From positions 62,001-126,000 of IMG/VR virus record IMGVR_UViG_3300020473_000010: a stretch of DNA of 64,000 bases; one strand, written 5' to 3'. The notes beneath the pieces were generated by a model. The model did not search any database, was not told the DNA's origin, and saw only the letters and a program-made list of their open reading frames with translations. The number at the start of each line of letters is the position of its first letter. The stretch's first letter is position 1. Below, one piece after another: positions 27,454 through 36,459 of this stretch. The position numbers were made by a program, and so were the translations under genes.

Positions 27454-28887
27454 CTAATCTAAAGTGTATGGGTTTCTAGCTAAATCTATTTTGCCTGATC
27501 TAAAATCTCTTTCTAATTCGCTTGAATCTACAAATCCTCTTTTGATGGGCTCGGGTTCATATGAATCTACACCGTTTTGAAAAAGTGCATCCTCGGCAGC
27601 CTCAAACCATATACTTAATTGGCCTTCATCGTATCCGTATTGGCGGCCGAATTTGACGTATCCTTCCCAGTCTTCATCTTCAGCATACATCTCAGCATGA
27701 TCTTCAACGTACCCAGCTGGTTCTGAAACTGAAGGTACCCGGACATGTTCTATAAGCGCTTTTTTAATAATTCTTTTCAAATGTCTTTTTGTAATTTTCA
27801 TTTCATTTACCTTTAGTGTTTTTAATTTATGTAATTCTTTCTCTATTACTATATTTACTCTTTCTTTAAATTTCTGCATGTACTTGTCACTGGAGATAAG
27901 CAGAGGCCCGAGAGGTTGAATGGAAAACAGTTCATAAAAAGAAGTTACTGGCATTCTTTTTAAAAATCTTTTTGCACCGCGGTACAAAGATGGCTGTCGT
28001 CCGAATGGATTGGTAGATGACGGATTGAATTTTTTTTCTTTAAAAAAGTTTATTTGTTCTTGTATAACTTTTTTTATTTTTATATCCAATGTAGAATAAT
28101 CAAAAGTATCTGTTTTAAATTGATGAGTAATAGTATGTGTATCTAAAATCGGAATATTTATTGTTGGCTTTTCTTGGCCTATTGTTTCAGACGGTAATCC
28201 ACCAACCTCTAAACCCATTTCAAATTCATTTTGGACCATTCTGTCTGCGGCTTCTTTCTCTTCTGGCGAAAGCATAGATCTTATTTCTTTTCTCCATTCA
28301 CGAGCTGGAGCTGATATATCAACTTCCGAAGGCATGTATATAGTTTCTAATATGAGTTTTTTTATCAAAGTTCTTATTCTATTTTCCTCTAAATTTACAA
28401 CACAGACAGAAGAATAGTATATATTTTTACTCATTTCAGAATTATAGGTTTTTACTACATCTTTAAGCATCTCAATATTTTTTCTGCAATCTTCATAGAC
28501 AACAACACGATTATAATCTTCTGACATTAATTTATTAATTAGCCATCTTGCTTTATTTTCAGATCCGCTTGTTGCAATGATTTCCGGAGGTTCAACGCCC
28601 ATCTTTAAAAGAAATCTTTTTACCGGAGGTGCTTCCGACCTTGCGGTAACAATATAAACATTTTCAAACCCAAACTGTTTTATAGCTTGGTCCATGGCAG
28701 AGACGGTTGTTTGTATCAGCTTTCCGTCGGAAACATCCATAAATTCTGAAAAATCTAAATTATCTTTGGGTGATGCCCGATATTTTGCAAACTCTCTTGA
28801 ATTTAATCTTAAAGAATTATTAACGATTACGTGAGAATCAGTAAGCGCTAAAGTATCGTCAAAATCAAATATAAAAAGAGTTTTCAT
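27454..28887 (-). CDS. HAD phosphatase fused to leader-bearing modules (internal MKITK at 27801)
   Basis: FIFDFDDTL, IVTAR, K, VYEDC; internal RIRTLIKKLILE and MKITKRHLKRIIKKALIE. Confidence 0.8.
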   Translation of the reverse strand: MKTLFIFDFDDTLALTDSHVIVNNSLRLNSREFAKYRASPKDNLDFSEFMDVSDGKLIQTTVSAMDQAIKQFGFENVYIVTARSEAPPVKRFLLKMGVEPPEIIATSGSENKARWLINKLMSEDYNRVVVYEDCRKNIEMLKDVVKTYNSEMSKNIYYSSVCVVNLEENRIRTLIKKLILETIYMPSEVDISAPAREWRKEIRSMLSPEEKEAADRMVQNEFEMGLEVGGLPSETIGQEKPTINIPILDTHTITHQFKTDTFDYSTLDIKIKKVIQEQINFFKEKKFNPSSTNPFGRQPSLYRGAKRFLKRMPVTSFYELFSIQPLGPLLISSDKYMQKFKERVNIVIEKELHKLKTLKVNEMKITKRHLKRIIKKALIEHVRVPSVSEPAGYVEDHAEMYAEDEDWEGYVKFGRQYGYDEGQLSIWFEAAEDALFQNGVDSYEPEPIKRGFVDSSELERDFRSGKIDLARNPYTLD

Positions 28888-28893
28888 TTTTTC

Positions 28894-29241
28894 TCAAGGG
28901 TGGTGAATATAGTTCCAGGGCGTAGTATGTTCATCTACTTGATCCTTTGGATAATATATGTATTCAACAATATTTCCGTCTGGATCTTTTACATATAAAT
29001 ATGCACTACCATCTCTATGATACTTAATTTCTCCTTTTGGGAACATATTCATCGAATTTACTTCTATAGCTATATGCGGAGGATGTAAACCTGGAAGAGT
29101 AAGTGCTAATTTAGTGTTTCCAGATCTTAGCATCGCCCATTCGTTATCAAAATATTCTACTGAGAATCCTAGATTATTAGTATACCACTTTAAAGACTCA
29201 TCAATATTTGATACAACAATTGCTACATGATCAATCGGCAT
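28894..29241 (-). CDS. VOC/glyoxalase-family protein
   Basis: IDHVAIVV...WY...LGF, HIAIEV, YVKDPDGNIVE. Confidence 0.88.
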   Translation of the reverse strand: MPIDHVAIVVSNIDESLKWYTNNLGFSVEYFDNEWAMLRSGNTKLALTLPGLHPPHIAIEVNSMNMFPKGEIKYHRDGSAYLYVKDPDGNIVEYIYYPKDQVDEHTTPWNYIHHP

Positions 29242-29764
29242 TTTTTCTCCTGGCTATTGATTCTAACCGGTTTCTAATTAAAATATATTTTATCGCTTCT
29301 TTTTTATTTCCTTTATAGACTTTTCTAGTTCCTAAAAGACGGTCAAAAACAGAACTCCTTACTCCCCAATTAGCATGCTGATTAGGAGCTAAATGGTGGT
29401 CATAATGATGAGATAAATTATCTCTAGCCCATGAAATATCTTGGTGAGCTTTTCTATGTACCCACCAATATTCAACTGCACAAAGTAAAAGCGTAAGATA
29501 AGCCCATGGAAACCAATATGATATGGGTAAATGAATAATTCCTAAAACAATTAATCCTTTTATTTCCGGGTCTCCTTTTATACTTGCTTTTTGCAAATAT
29601 TTTGGATCAATCATTAAATATTTTCTCGAGGTTTTGTGGTGATCTCCAAAATGACTTTTGAAAAACTTTTTTCGTTTTGGGTTATGCAATATATATCGAT
29701 GCAAAACCCACTCGAGTAAATGTGAATATAAATAAGCAAACAAAAATTGAAAAATAATAAACAT
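29231..29764 (-). CDS. Fatty acid hydroxylase/sterol desaturase-family membrane di-iron enzyme
   Basis: EWVLHRYILH, HH, WVHRKAH, HHYDHH, NWGV. Confidence 0.8.
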   Translation of the reverse strand: MFIIFQFLFAYLYSHLLEWVLHRYILHNPKRKKFFKSHFGDHHKTSRKYLMIDPKYLQKASIKGDPEIKGLIVLGIIHLPISYWFPWAYLTLLLCAVEYWWVHRKAHQDISWARDNLSHHYDHHLAPNQHANWGVRSSVFDRLLGTRKVYKGNKKEAIKYILIRNRLESIARRKNAD

Positions 29765-29810
29765 AAAATTTCCTCCCTTCTAATATAAATAAGGATTGAA
29801 TTATAATGTT

Positions 29811-30059
29811 TTATTTTTCATTTAATAAAATACAAAGTTTTTCTAAATTATTTATTCTGTCTGATAATTCTGTAAGCAATATCTCTGTAGAAATAGGAAA
29901 GATAGCTCCTTCACCCTCTGCTCTACTAACAAGATCTGCAGCAATATCATCAGTTGGGATTATCATTACAGAAATTAATTGGTCAGGATCATAAAAATAT
30001 TTTTCTTCTTTGGTTTCTGGTTTTTTTAAAAAATTTTTTAAATGAATTAATTCGCCCAT
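29811..30059 (-). CDS. Hypothetical protein
   Basis: 82 aa ORF, MGELIHL start. Confidence 0.6.
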   Translation of the reverse strand: MGELIHLKNFLKKPETKEEKYFYDPDQLISVMIIPTDDIAADLVSRAEGEGAIFPISTEILLTELSDRINNLEKLCILLNEK

Positions 30060-30062
30060 AAT

Positions 30063-30305
30063 CTAGATTCTCTCTTCTAAATCAACAATGTCTAAATGTG
30101 CCAATACTCTCGCCAGTGACCAACCGTCATCCATTAATGCATCCGCAATATCCCAAAATGCGTCTTTATTAAGGCTTTCTGGGCGATTTGCTAATCTCTC
30201 AATAATATCATGCAAACAAGAAAGCTGTTTTTTATGAGATAATTCGTCATACCTTCTTTCAAGGTAACGAACTACTCGAGATGTTTCCGGATCTTTCAGC
30301 TGCAT
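30063..30305 (-). CDS. Hypothetical protein
   Basis: 80 aa helical ORF. Confidence 0.6.
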   Translation of the reverse strand: MQLKDPETSRVVRYLERRYDELSHKKQLSCLHDIIERLANRPESLNKDAFWDIADALMDDGWSLARVLAHLDIVDLEERI

Positions 30306-30537
30306 TTTGTGTCCCGTTTGGTGATATCATAATCGCTAATTGTTCTTCAAGTTGCTGGTAAACAATTTTAGCTATAGCGGTTTCTTTTTCATCGTTGTTT
30401 TCTTTTATAAAATTTTCTAATTCTTCCATTTCCTCTAGAAGTTGCTGAAAAACATGTGCACGCGCTAATCCTTGTGTGAATTTTTCTGCTGATTTATGAG
30501 CTTTGGCAAAAGGGCCGACGGTGAAAAAACCTGACAT
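30259..30537 (-). CDS. Hypothetical protein
   Basis: 92 aa ORF, AAGGA RBS. Confidence 0.6.
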   Translation of the reverse strand: MSGFFTVGPFAKAHKSAEKFTQGLARAHVFQQLLEEMEELENFIKENNDEKETAIAKIVYQQLEEQLAIMISPNGTQNAAERSGNISSSSLP

Positions 30538-30560
30538 ATAAGTTTCCTTGGCTATATTAC

Positions 30561-31124
30561 TTAAATATGTTTCTTCGCTTTCTTCTGCTGTCTTTCTTTC
30601 TTTTTTTGTATTTTCCGAAGTTTAGACAACATCAACGAACCTGAGGGTCTTGACATGCGTTTGTTAAACGTAACCCCGTCTAGATGATCACATTCATGCT
30701 GAATAGCACCTGATAAAGGCCAAGAAGCTTCTAGTGTTTTTTGTTCTCCAAACTCATTTTGATATTTGACTAATACATTGCTTCCTCTTTTGACTTTTCC
30801 TTGAACACCTTTAAGAGATAAGCACTGCTCTATCCATGCTATTTCATCTCCGGAAATTTCTATTTTTGGGTTAATCATTGCAATAAAATCTTTATTGTAA
30901 TTACACGGTTCAAATTCTTCATAACCCATTGATTTTGGTTTAAGAACTACAACCCTTTGTAAAACACCAATTTGATTAGCTGCTAAACCAGCACCATAAT
31001 CAATGTTACACGTATCAACCATGTCCTTGATTAATGATTGTAATTTTTCTCCAAAATCGTCTACTGTTTTTGCTTTTTTAAACAGTTTAGAATTAGGCCA
31101 CTGCAAGACATTTCTATAAGTCAT
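30561..31124 (-). CDS. def: Peptide deformylase
   Basis: GAGLAANQIG, EQCLS (EGCLS variant), QHECDHLDG. Confidence 0.93.
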   Translation of the reverse strand: MTYRNVLQWPNSKLFKKAKTVDDFGEKLQSLIKDMVDTCNIDYGAGLAANQIGVLQRVVVLKPKSMGYEEFEPCNYNKDFIAMINPKIEISGDEIAWIEQCLSLKGVQGKVKRGSNVLVKYQNEFGEQKTLEASWPLSGAIQHECDHLDGVTFNKRMSRPSGSLMLSKLRKIQKKKERQQKKAKKHI

Positions 31125-31139
31125 AAATCCTCCATAAAT

Positions 31140-31295
31140 TTATTCTACATGACTTGGGCTATTTTTATAACCAATATAACAAAGTATTCCACATGCAGCT
31201 GTAAACAAAGATCCGGAAAGGTCCTGGGCAAAAACGTGGGCCATTAATAAAAACACGTTAATAAAAACCGCAGATAGATAAATAGTTTTCATCAT
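31140..31295 (-). CDS. Small membrane protein (51 aa, below track cutoff)
   Basis: MMKTIYLSAVFINVFLLMAHVFAQDLSGSLFTAACGILCYIGYKNSPSHVE; ATGA overlap. Confidence 0.55.
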   Translation of the reverse strand: MMKTIYLSAVFINVFLLMAHVFAQDLSGSLFTAACGILCYIGYKNSPSHVE

Positions 31296-31561
31296 TTTTT
31301 TGTGGGTGCTTTTCTTTTATAAGTTCTCTTTTTTGTTGCTGGTTTTTTCTTTGCCTCTTTTTTAGGGGAACTTTTTTCTATTTTTGGCTTAGGAGGAAAG
31401 GCTTTTAATTTTGCTTGCTCATAATATTTTTTTGAAGGAGGGGAAATTTTTTGGTTTTCACACCACTCTTCTAGAAGTTTGTAATTTTGCATTTTGTTGT
31501 TTTTTATAAAAGAAGGGAAATCAATATTTCTTCTTTTTTCGTAAAAATTCCATGGAATCAT
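31292..31561 (-). CDS. Small basic protein
   Basis: Lys/Pro-rich C-terminal tail. Confidence 0.7.
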   Translation of the reverse strand: MIPWNFYEKRRNIDFPSFIKNNKMQNYKLLEEWCENQKISPPSKKYYEQAKLKAFPPKPKIEKSSPKKEAKKKPATKKRTYKRKAPTKK

Positions 31562-31852
31562 TTAACTCTCCGGTGCGTTCATAAGATCTATCATTTCTTT
31601 TCTATGGCATTCGATCATTTTCATCATTATTTTAGATTGTCTAAAACCTAATTTTTTTTCAAGTTTTGTTTCAATACTAATAAATATATCTTTATAAGAT
31701 TGTCCACAAATAGATTCATTTTGTAAAACTTCAGAAAATACTGAAAGGGACGAAGATAAAAGATCTTCGTCCCAATCGCACGCTTCTAGAAGTTCAGTTT
31801 GCAATGACAAATTTGTTAGGCTATGTTTAACTAAATCAAATATCGACACCAT
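31562..31852 (-). CDS. Hypothetical protein
   Basis: 96 aa coupled ORF. Confidence 0.6.
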   Translation of the reverse strand: MVSIFDLVKHSLTNLSLQTELLEACDWDEDLLSSSLSVFSEVLQNESICGQSYKDIFISIETKLEKKLGFRQSKIMMKMIECHRKEMIDLMNAPES

Positions 31853-32111
31853 AACTTTTGTCCTTGATAAGTGCAGCTATAGCTGTTTGGAATCTTGTAT
31901 CAGCCGCGATTTCTTTTGCTGGCCGGCCTGTAATTTCTTCCATTGGTTTAGCTAGTTTGACCATTGCACGCATAAAATAATTTCTTGCGGAAGCGTGGTT
32001 CATTTTATGTCCGGAAGCAGTCATTATTTCAGAAATTTCTCTGTATCCTTTTCCTATTCCGGCTACAGTGGCATAACCATGTTCATGTTTCATTCCTTTA
32101 GGCATACTCAT
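31836..32111 (-). CDS. Stand-alone sigma region-4.2-like HTH protein
   Basis: GYREISEIM...HASARNYFMRAMVKLA resembles TLEEVG...RERIRQIEAKALRKL; TAATG-coupled to sigma. Confidence 0.6.
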   Translation of the reverse strand: MSMPKGMKHEHGYATVAGIGKGYREISEIMTASGHKMNHASARNYFMRAMVKLAKPMEEITGRPAKEIAADTRFQTAIAALIKDKSYGVDI

Positions 32112-32848
32112 TATTTTTCTCCTTGTGATTGTGTAGTTTGATATTCTTCTGCATCATCATCCTCGGAAATTCCAAACCTTAGACGAAGTACTCGCTCTTC
32201 TTGTGGCTTGAGAGATTTAAAAGCTGACCTAATAAGAAACATCATTTTTTTATGATCTATTTCTCTATCTAAATCTGGGGCTTCTTCATCTTCGATTAAA
32301 TCAGCGTAAGTTCTACCTCCTTCAATTCCGCCAACTGGGCTATTGATGTCAATTGGCCATTGCATTCCTAGTCTTAGATTTTGTACTTGTTCTTCTTTTA
32401 CGCCGAGCAAATTTGCAACTTCAGAATTTGAAGGCATAATCCCAAATTCTTCTTCGTATTCTTTCCTGATATTGTTAATTTTCCATATTAGGTGTCTAGA
32501 GCCAGCTGGGAATTTAATATGTCCTTGAGCGGCTAAATATCTTCGAATTGATTGCTTAATCCACCAACAAGCATATGTTGAAAAGCGAAAACCTTTTTTC
32601 CAATCGAATCTATCAACAGCTTTTATCAAACCAATATTTGCTTCTTGAATAAGATCTTCTAGAGGGAATCCTGTTGCTTTATAATTATTGGCTAAAGATA
32701 AAGCTAATCTGAGGTTTGAAGATATCATCAAATCTCTTGCATTCGAATCCCCTTTCTCGATTTTTTGAGCCAAGGTTTTTTCTTGTTGTTTTGTAAGTAG
32801 TTTAAAACTTCCTACATCATCGTAATATGCTGACAAAGTATCTGGCAT
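32111..32848 (-). CDS. Sigma70-family factor (regions 1.2-4.1; region 4.2 missing)
   Basis: NLRL, DLIQEANIGLIKAVDRFD, GFRFSTYACWWIKQSI, EERVLRLRFGI then ends. Confidence 0.92.
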   Translation of the reverse strand: MPDTLSAYYDDVGSFKLLTKQQEKTLAQKIEKGDSNARDLMISSNLRLALSLANNYKATGFPLEDLIQEANIGLIKAVDRFDWKKGFRFSTYACWWIKQSIRRYLAAQGHIKFPAGSRHLIWKINNIRKEYEEEFGIMPSNSEVANLLGVKEEQVQNLRLGMQWPIDINSPVGGIEGGRTYADLIEDEEAPDLDREIDHKKMMFLIRSAFKSLKPQEERVLRLRFGISEDDDAEEYQTTQSQGEK

Positions 32849-32893
32849 ATGTTCTCCTTTTGGTTGAATGAAAATGTGTTAATCACACTATAT

Positions 32894-32922
32894 AATTTAA
32901 TCACATTTTGGTTGAGTTACAC
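32894..32922 (-). promoter_or_regulatory. Promoter GTGTAA-N17-TAAATT upstream of sigma gene
   Basis: 17-bp spacer; nearby direct repeats TGTGATTAA x2 and TCAACCAAAA x2. Confidence 0.55.
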
Positions 32923-32940
32923 CCTTTTTTAGTAAATAAA

Positions 32941-33123
32941 TTAATTTTTTTGGTCCTCTATATTTTGGATATTTTGTTGTACATAACAAATATCAATTTG
33001 TAATTTTTGAGATAATTTATAATTTTTCTTTTTTCTTGTTTCTTTTAGTTTTTTAAATAATTCGTTTTCTAATGCTTTTAATTGTGCCAAATCCATTTTT
33101 TCAATTTCCATTTTTAACCTCAA
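32941..33123 (-). CDS. Small coiled-coil protein
   Basis: 60 aa heptad-like ORF. Confidence 0.55.
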   Translation of the reverse strand: MRLKMEIEKMDLAQLKALENELFKKLKETRKKKNYKLSQKLQIDICYVQQNIQNIEDQKN

Positions 33124-33132
33124 ATCTCCTGG

Positions 33133-34755
33133 TTATTCATATAGTTTTGTATCTGACTCTTCTTCTTCTTCTCGTACAGAATGCATTGCGCATGCAACTG
33201 AAAGTAAATTATCTGCAGCAGAAGTAGCATGTTTTACTGCTGAGACAACAACCAATGTTGGATCAATTACTCCTTTTTCGTATAGATTAACCCATTCTCC
33301 AGATCTTGCATCATAGCCCAATGGGGATTTTCGCTCTAAGGTTTTTTCAACAATGATATCTGGAACTTGTCCTGCATTTGTAGCAATTTGCCTTATGGGT
33401 TCCTCACAGGCTTTTACCATAATATTAAAACCGGTCAAATAATCATCGCTTAATTTTGTAGTAATTGATTTAGATACCCTCAATAAAGCTGCGCCACCTC
33501 CATCTAATATTCCGGAAGTTACGGCAGCTTTTGTGGCATAAAGGGCATCTTCTACTCTATCCTTTCGTTCTCTTAATTCCGCTTCTGTTGATCCTCCTAC
33601 TCGTAAAATAGCAACTCCTCCGGCTAGTCTAGCTAGTCTTCGACGCTGCATTGCTTCTTCGTCTGTTGTCATTGTCAATGAATCTAGATTGTTTCGTATT
33701 TCTTTACAATGCTTTTCTAGATCTTTTGATTCACAATTAGATCCAACGATTATAGTTTCGTTTCTACCAATTATAATTCTTTCGCAAGTCCCTAAATCTG
33801 ATGGAAGAATTTTTGCTAATTCGTTTTCTTCGCTTGAAGTTATTACCCTTGTTCCCAATAGGGTTGCAAGATCTTGCATGGCAAATACTCGAGATTGACC
33901 GAATTCTGGAGCACGAATTACACAACAATTTAGTATTCCTTTTACAGAATTTAAAACAAATCCTTTTAAAGCTTCTCCCTCCATATCTTCAGCAATTACT
34001 AAAATTGATTTACCTAATTGGTGGATTTTTTCTAACAAAGGAACTAATTCTTTCACTGAAGAGAATGATCGATTTGCCAATAAAACCAACGGTTTTTCAA
34101 GCACACAAGTATTCCTGTTTTTATCATTTATAAAATACGGGGAAAGATAACCTCTATTTAATCTTGTTCCTTCGACTTTTGTAAGAGTTGTTTTAAAGCC
34201 TTTTGCTTCTTCAACCGTAATAATTCCATCTCTACCCACTGCTTCCATAGCTTCGCATAGATATTTTCCAATCTCTTCTTCACCGTTTGCGCTAATCGTT
34301 CCAACCTGGATAATCTCTTCGTTTGTTTTAACTTTTTTACTTCTTTTATAAATTTGTTCTATTATCTGAGTGGAAGCTTGTTTAATCCCATTTCTGACTT
34401 TTACGGGATTATGGCCGGCATTAATTGCTTTTAGCCCTTTTTCAAAAAGCGAGTATGCCAGAACCGTTGCTGTAGTAGTACCATCGCCGGCGATATCTGC
34501 AGCTCCTTGTGCAGCTTCTTTAACTAGTTGTACCCCCAAGTTTTGCATCCTATCTGGAAGATTAACAGACTTGGCAACTGTTACGCCATCTTTGGTTAAG
34601 ATAGGTATTTTCCCAGGTCTTTCAATAACGACATTTAAACCGCCCGGGCCCATTGTAACCCTAACAGCATCTGTTAGTTGCTTTACTCCAATCAGTAAAA
34701 TATTCCTGGCTTCTTCGTCAAAAACTAATTTTTTTGGAACGTTGTCGATATTCAT
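33133..34755 (-). CDS. groL: Chaperonin GroEL
   Basis: TMGPGG, TKDGVTVAK, AGDGTTTATV, RLAGGVA, GGGAAL, GVIDP. Confidence 0.97.
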   Translation of the reverse strand: MNIDNVPKKLVFDEEARNILLIGVKQLTDAVRVTMGPGGLNVVIERPGKIPILTKDGVTVAKSVNLPDRMQNLGVQLVKEAAQGAADIAGDGTTTATVLAYSLFEKGLKAINAGHNPVKVRNGIKQASTQIIEQIYKRSKKVKTNEEIIQVGTISANGEEEIGKYLCEAMEAVGRDGIITVEEAKGFKTTLTKVEGTRLNRGYLSPYFINDKNRNTCVLEKPLVLLANRSFSSVKELVPLLEKIHQLGKSILVIAEDMEGEALKGFVLNSVKGILNCCVIRAPEFGQSRVFAMQDLATLLGTRVITSSEENELAKILPSDLGTCERIIIGRNETIIVGSNCESKDLEKHCKEIRNNLDSLTMTTDEEAMQRRRLARLAGGVAILRVGGSTEAELRERKDRVEDALYATKAAVTSGILDGGGAALLRVSKSITTKLSDDYLTGFNIMVKACEEPIRQIATNAGQVPDIIVEKTLERKSPLGYDARSGEWVNLYEKGVIDPTLVVVSAVKHATSAADNLLSVACAMHSVREEEEESDTKLYE

Positions 34756-34758
34756 GGA

Positions 34759-34953
34759 TTACCCTTTTAGGATTTGACGCTTATTACCTTCTTGCAAAAT
34801 TTCTCCAGCTTTACCAATTATTCTTCTTTCTTGAGTAATCACGTTTTTAGCTAGCAGTAAATCACCTTCTAAGATTGCAATTTCGTTTTCTGATATTGTT
34901 CCTTCTAATCGCAATATTTGCAATTGTGAACCTGAGATTGTTTGTTCATTCAT
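34759..34953 (-). CDS. Small hypothetical protein
   Basis: 64 aa, GGAG RBS, directly upstream of groL; no GroES motifs. Confidence 0.65.
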   Translation of the reverse strand: MNEQTISGSQLQILRLEGTISENEIAILEGDLLLAKNVITQERRIIGKAGEILQEGNKRQILKG

Positions 34954-34962
34954 TGTTTTCTC

Positions 34963-35397
34963 CTAAAAATCTGGTGGCAATTGAATTCTTGCTCTAGTTC
35001 CGTTTTCCAATTCTACATATTCGTAGTTTTCTTCTTTTGAATTTTCACTGGGTGGGCTAGTAGTTTTAACAATTTCTGTATTTGGATTTATGTTTGGTGA
35101 TTTTTTCCAATGGGTCTGGATTAAATCTTGAGACAGGGAAATCATTTTATTGATAGCTTTTTCAGCAGAGGATTTCATATATTCTTTTGCTTCTTCTGCG
35201 CTTGAGAATATTTCTCCCTCGATATTATCAATAGAAATTATTTTAGATTTTCCGGAAGAGGACAATTGCTCGACTTGGTATGTAACAAGGGTACCGTTTA
35301 AATTTTTTTTGGTGACCTCTTCAACAACGCGTAATACTTTAAGCCCAGGACGAGAATGCCCTACAACCCACAAGATGTTTCCAACCTCATAATTCAT
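34963..35397 (-). CDS. Hypothetical protein (N-terminal SH3-like)
   Basis: YEVGNILWV...; C-terminal VELENGTRARI. Confidence 0.7.
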   Translation of the reverse strand: MNYEVGNILWVVGHSRPGLKVLRVVEEVTKKNLNGTLVTYQVEQLSSSGKSKIISIDNIEGEIFSSAEEAKEYMKSSAEKAINKMISLSQDLIQTHWKKSPNINPNTEIVKTTSPPSENSKEENYEYVELENGTRARIQLPPDF

Positions 35398-35405
35398 GGT
35401 TTTCC

Positions 35406-35597
35406 CTATTTGTTTGTATTTCTTTTAACCTTGTTTAATTCGTCTTCGTTTACTAATATTTGGATTCCATCTTGACGGGTATATACAGCAATATTTAATT
35501 CGCTCAGTGCTTTTTTTAGTTTAACTTGATCTCTCCAACCAGAATAAACCTCGTAAGTTTCAACTAATTTCTCAATTAATGTAGGGTGAAATTTCAT
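35406..35597 (-). CDS. Small hypothetical protein
   Basis: TAATG-coupled 63 aa ORF. Confidence 0.6.
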   Translation of the reverse strand: MKFHPTLIEKLVETYEVYSGWRDQVKLKKALSELNIAVYTRQDGIQILVNEDELNKVKRNTNK

Positions 35598-36373
35598 TAT
35601 TTTATTTCCTCATATTCAAATGTGTATCGCGATTTCCTTTCAGAAATTATTTTAATCTCTTCTTCGGTCTTGTTAATAAGGTTTTCTAATTTTTGAGTAG
35701 ATCTATTAATTTGATCAGTATATTTGTTGTAATCATATACTTGGGTATTTTTTAAACTAGCTCTTTGTTCTTTCCAGATATTGATTTGGGATTGAATAAG
35801 AGATTTTTGGTTTTCCATTTTTTCCATAATAGATTCTGCTCGTCGTTCATTAAGGTTTACTACGTTTCCAAGCAAAACATTGCCTTTTAGCATCCCTTTG
35901 TGTTTAAACATTTGAACTTTGCCTCGGGCGCCGGGGCTTAAATTTCTAAAATCAGATATATCTAAGTCTTTAAAATGGATAGCACAAAATCCAGAAAAAT
36001 CCTCATTAGCGATGATGTAAATATAATCCAAACTTCCTTTTTTTTCCAATGTTTCATAATCTGTTTGAAATGAAATTGAGCCTGATGAGTGTGGGCTTGT
36101 TAATTTACACTCAAGCTCTTTTTCAAAGCCTTTCCGGAAAGATATAATGATATCAGCTTTCCCAGTTCGGCCGTCGTCATCGACTTTCGGAAATGTTTTG
36201 CGGAGTTCTTGTGCAAGAAAATATTCCATTGGAGCAGACATCATAATATTTCGACGCCCCCTATTTTCTTCAATTGACATTCCGCTAGACTCATACAAAC
36301 TTGCAAGGTTGAAATAAAAATTTTTCATTTTCAAACAAGTGTTTAAGGCATGTTGCCGCGTTATATATGACAT
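35597..36373 (-). CDS. PD-(D/E)XK restriction-endonuclease-like protein
   Basis: MEYFLAQEL, GKADIII, ELECKLT; C-terminal coiled coil. Confidence 0.6.
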   Translation of the reverse strand: MSYITRQHALNTCLKMKNFYFNLASLYESSGMSIEENRGRRNIMMSAPMEYFLAQELRKTFPKVDDDGRTGKADIIISFRKGFEKELECKLTSPHSSGSISFQTDYETLEKKGSLDYIYIIANEDFSGFCAIHFKDLDISDFRNLSPGARGKVQMFKHKGMLKGNVLLGNVVNLNERRAESIMEKMENQKSLIQSQINIWKEQRASLKNTQVYDYNKYTDQINRSTQKLENLINKTEEEIKIISERKSRYTFEYEEIK

Positions 36374-36429
36374 AGAATTATCCTTGATTGGTTTAGATTT
36401 ATAGCGATAATATGAAACGCTATATTAAT

Positions 36430-36458
36430 ATTTTATTAGATAAATCAAAGATTTACAA
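36430..36458 (-). promoter_or_regulatory. Promoter TTGTAA-N17-TAAAAT
   Basis: 17-bp spacer upstream of 36373. Confidence 0.6.
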
Positions 36459-36459
36459 A

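Noticed and set aside
34759-34953. GroES upstream of groL
   Set aside because: Too short and lacks the PLxDRV and mobile-loop GGI motifs
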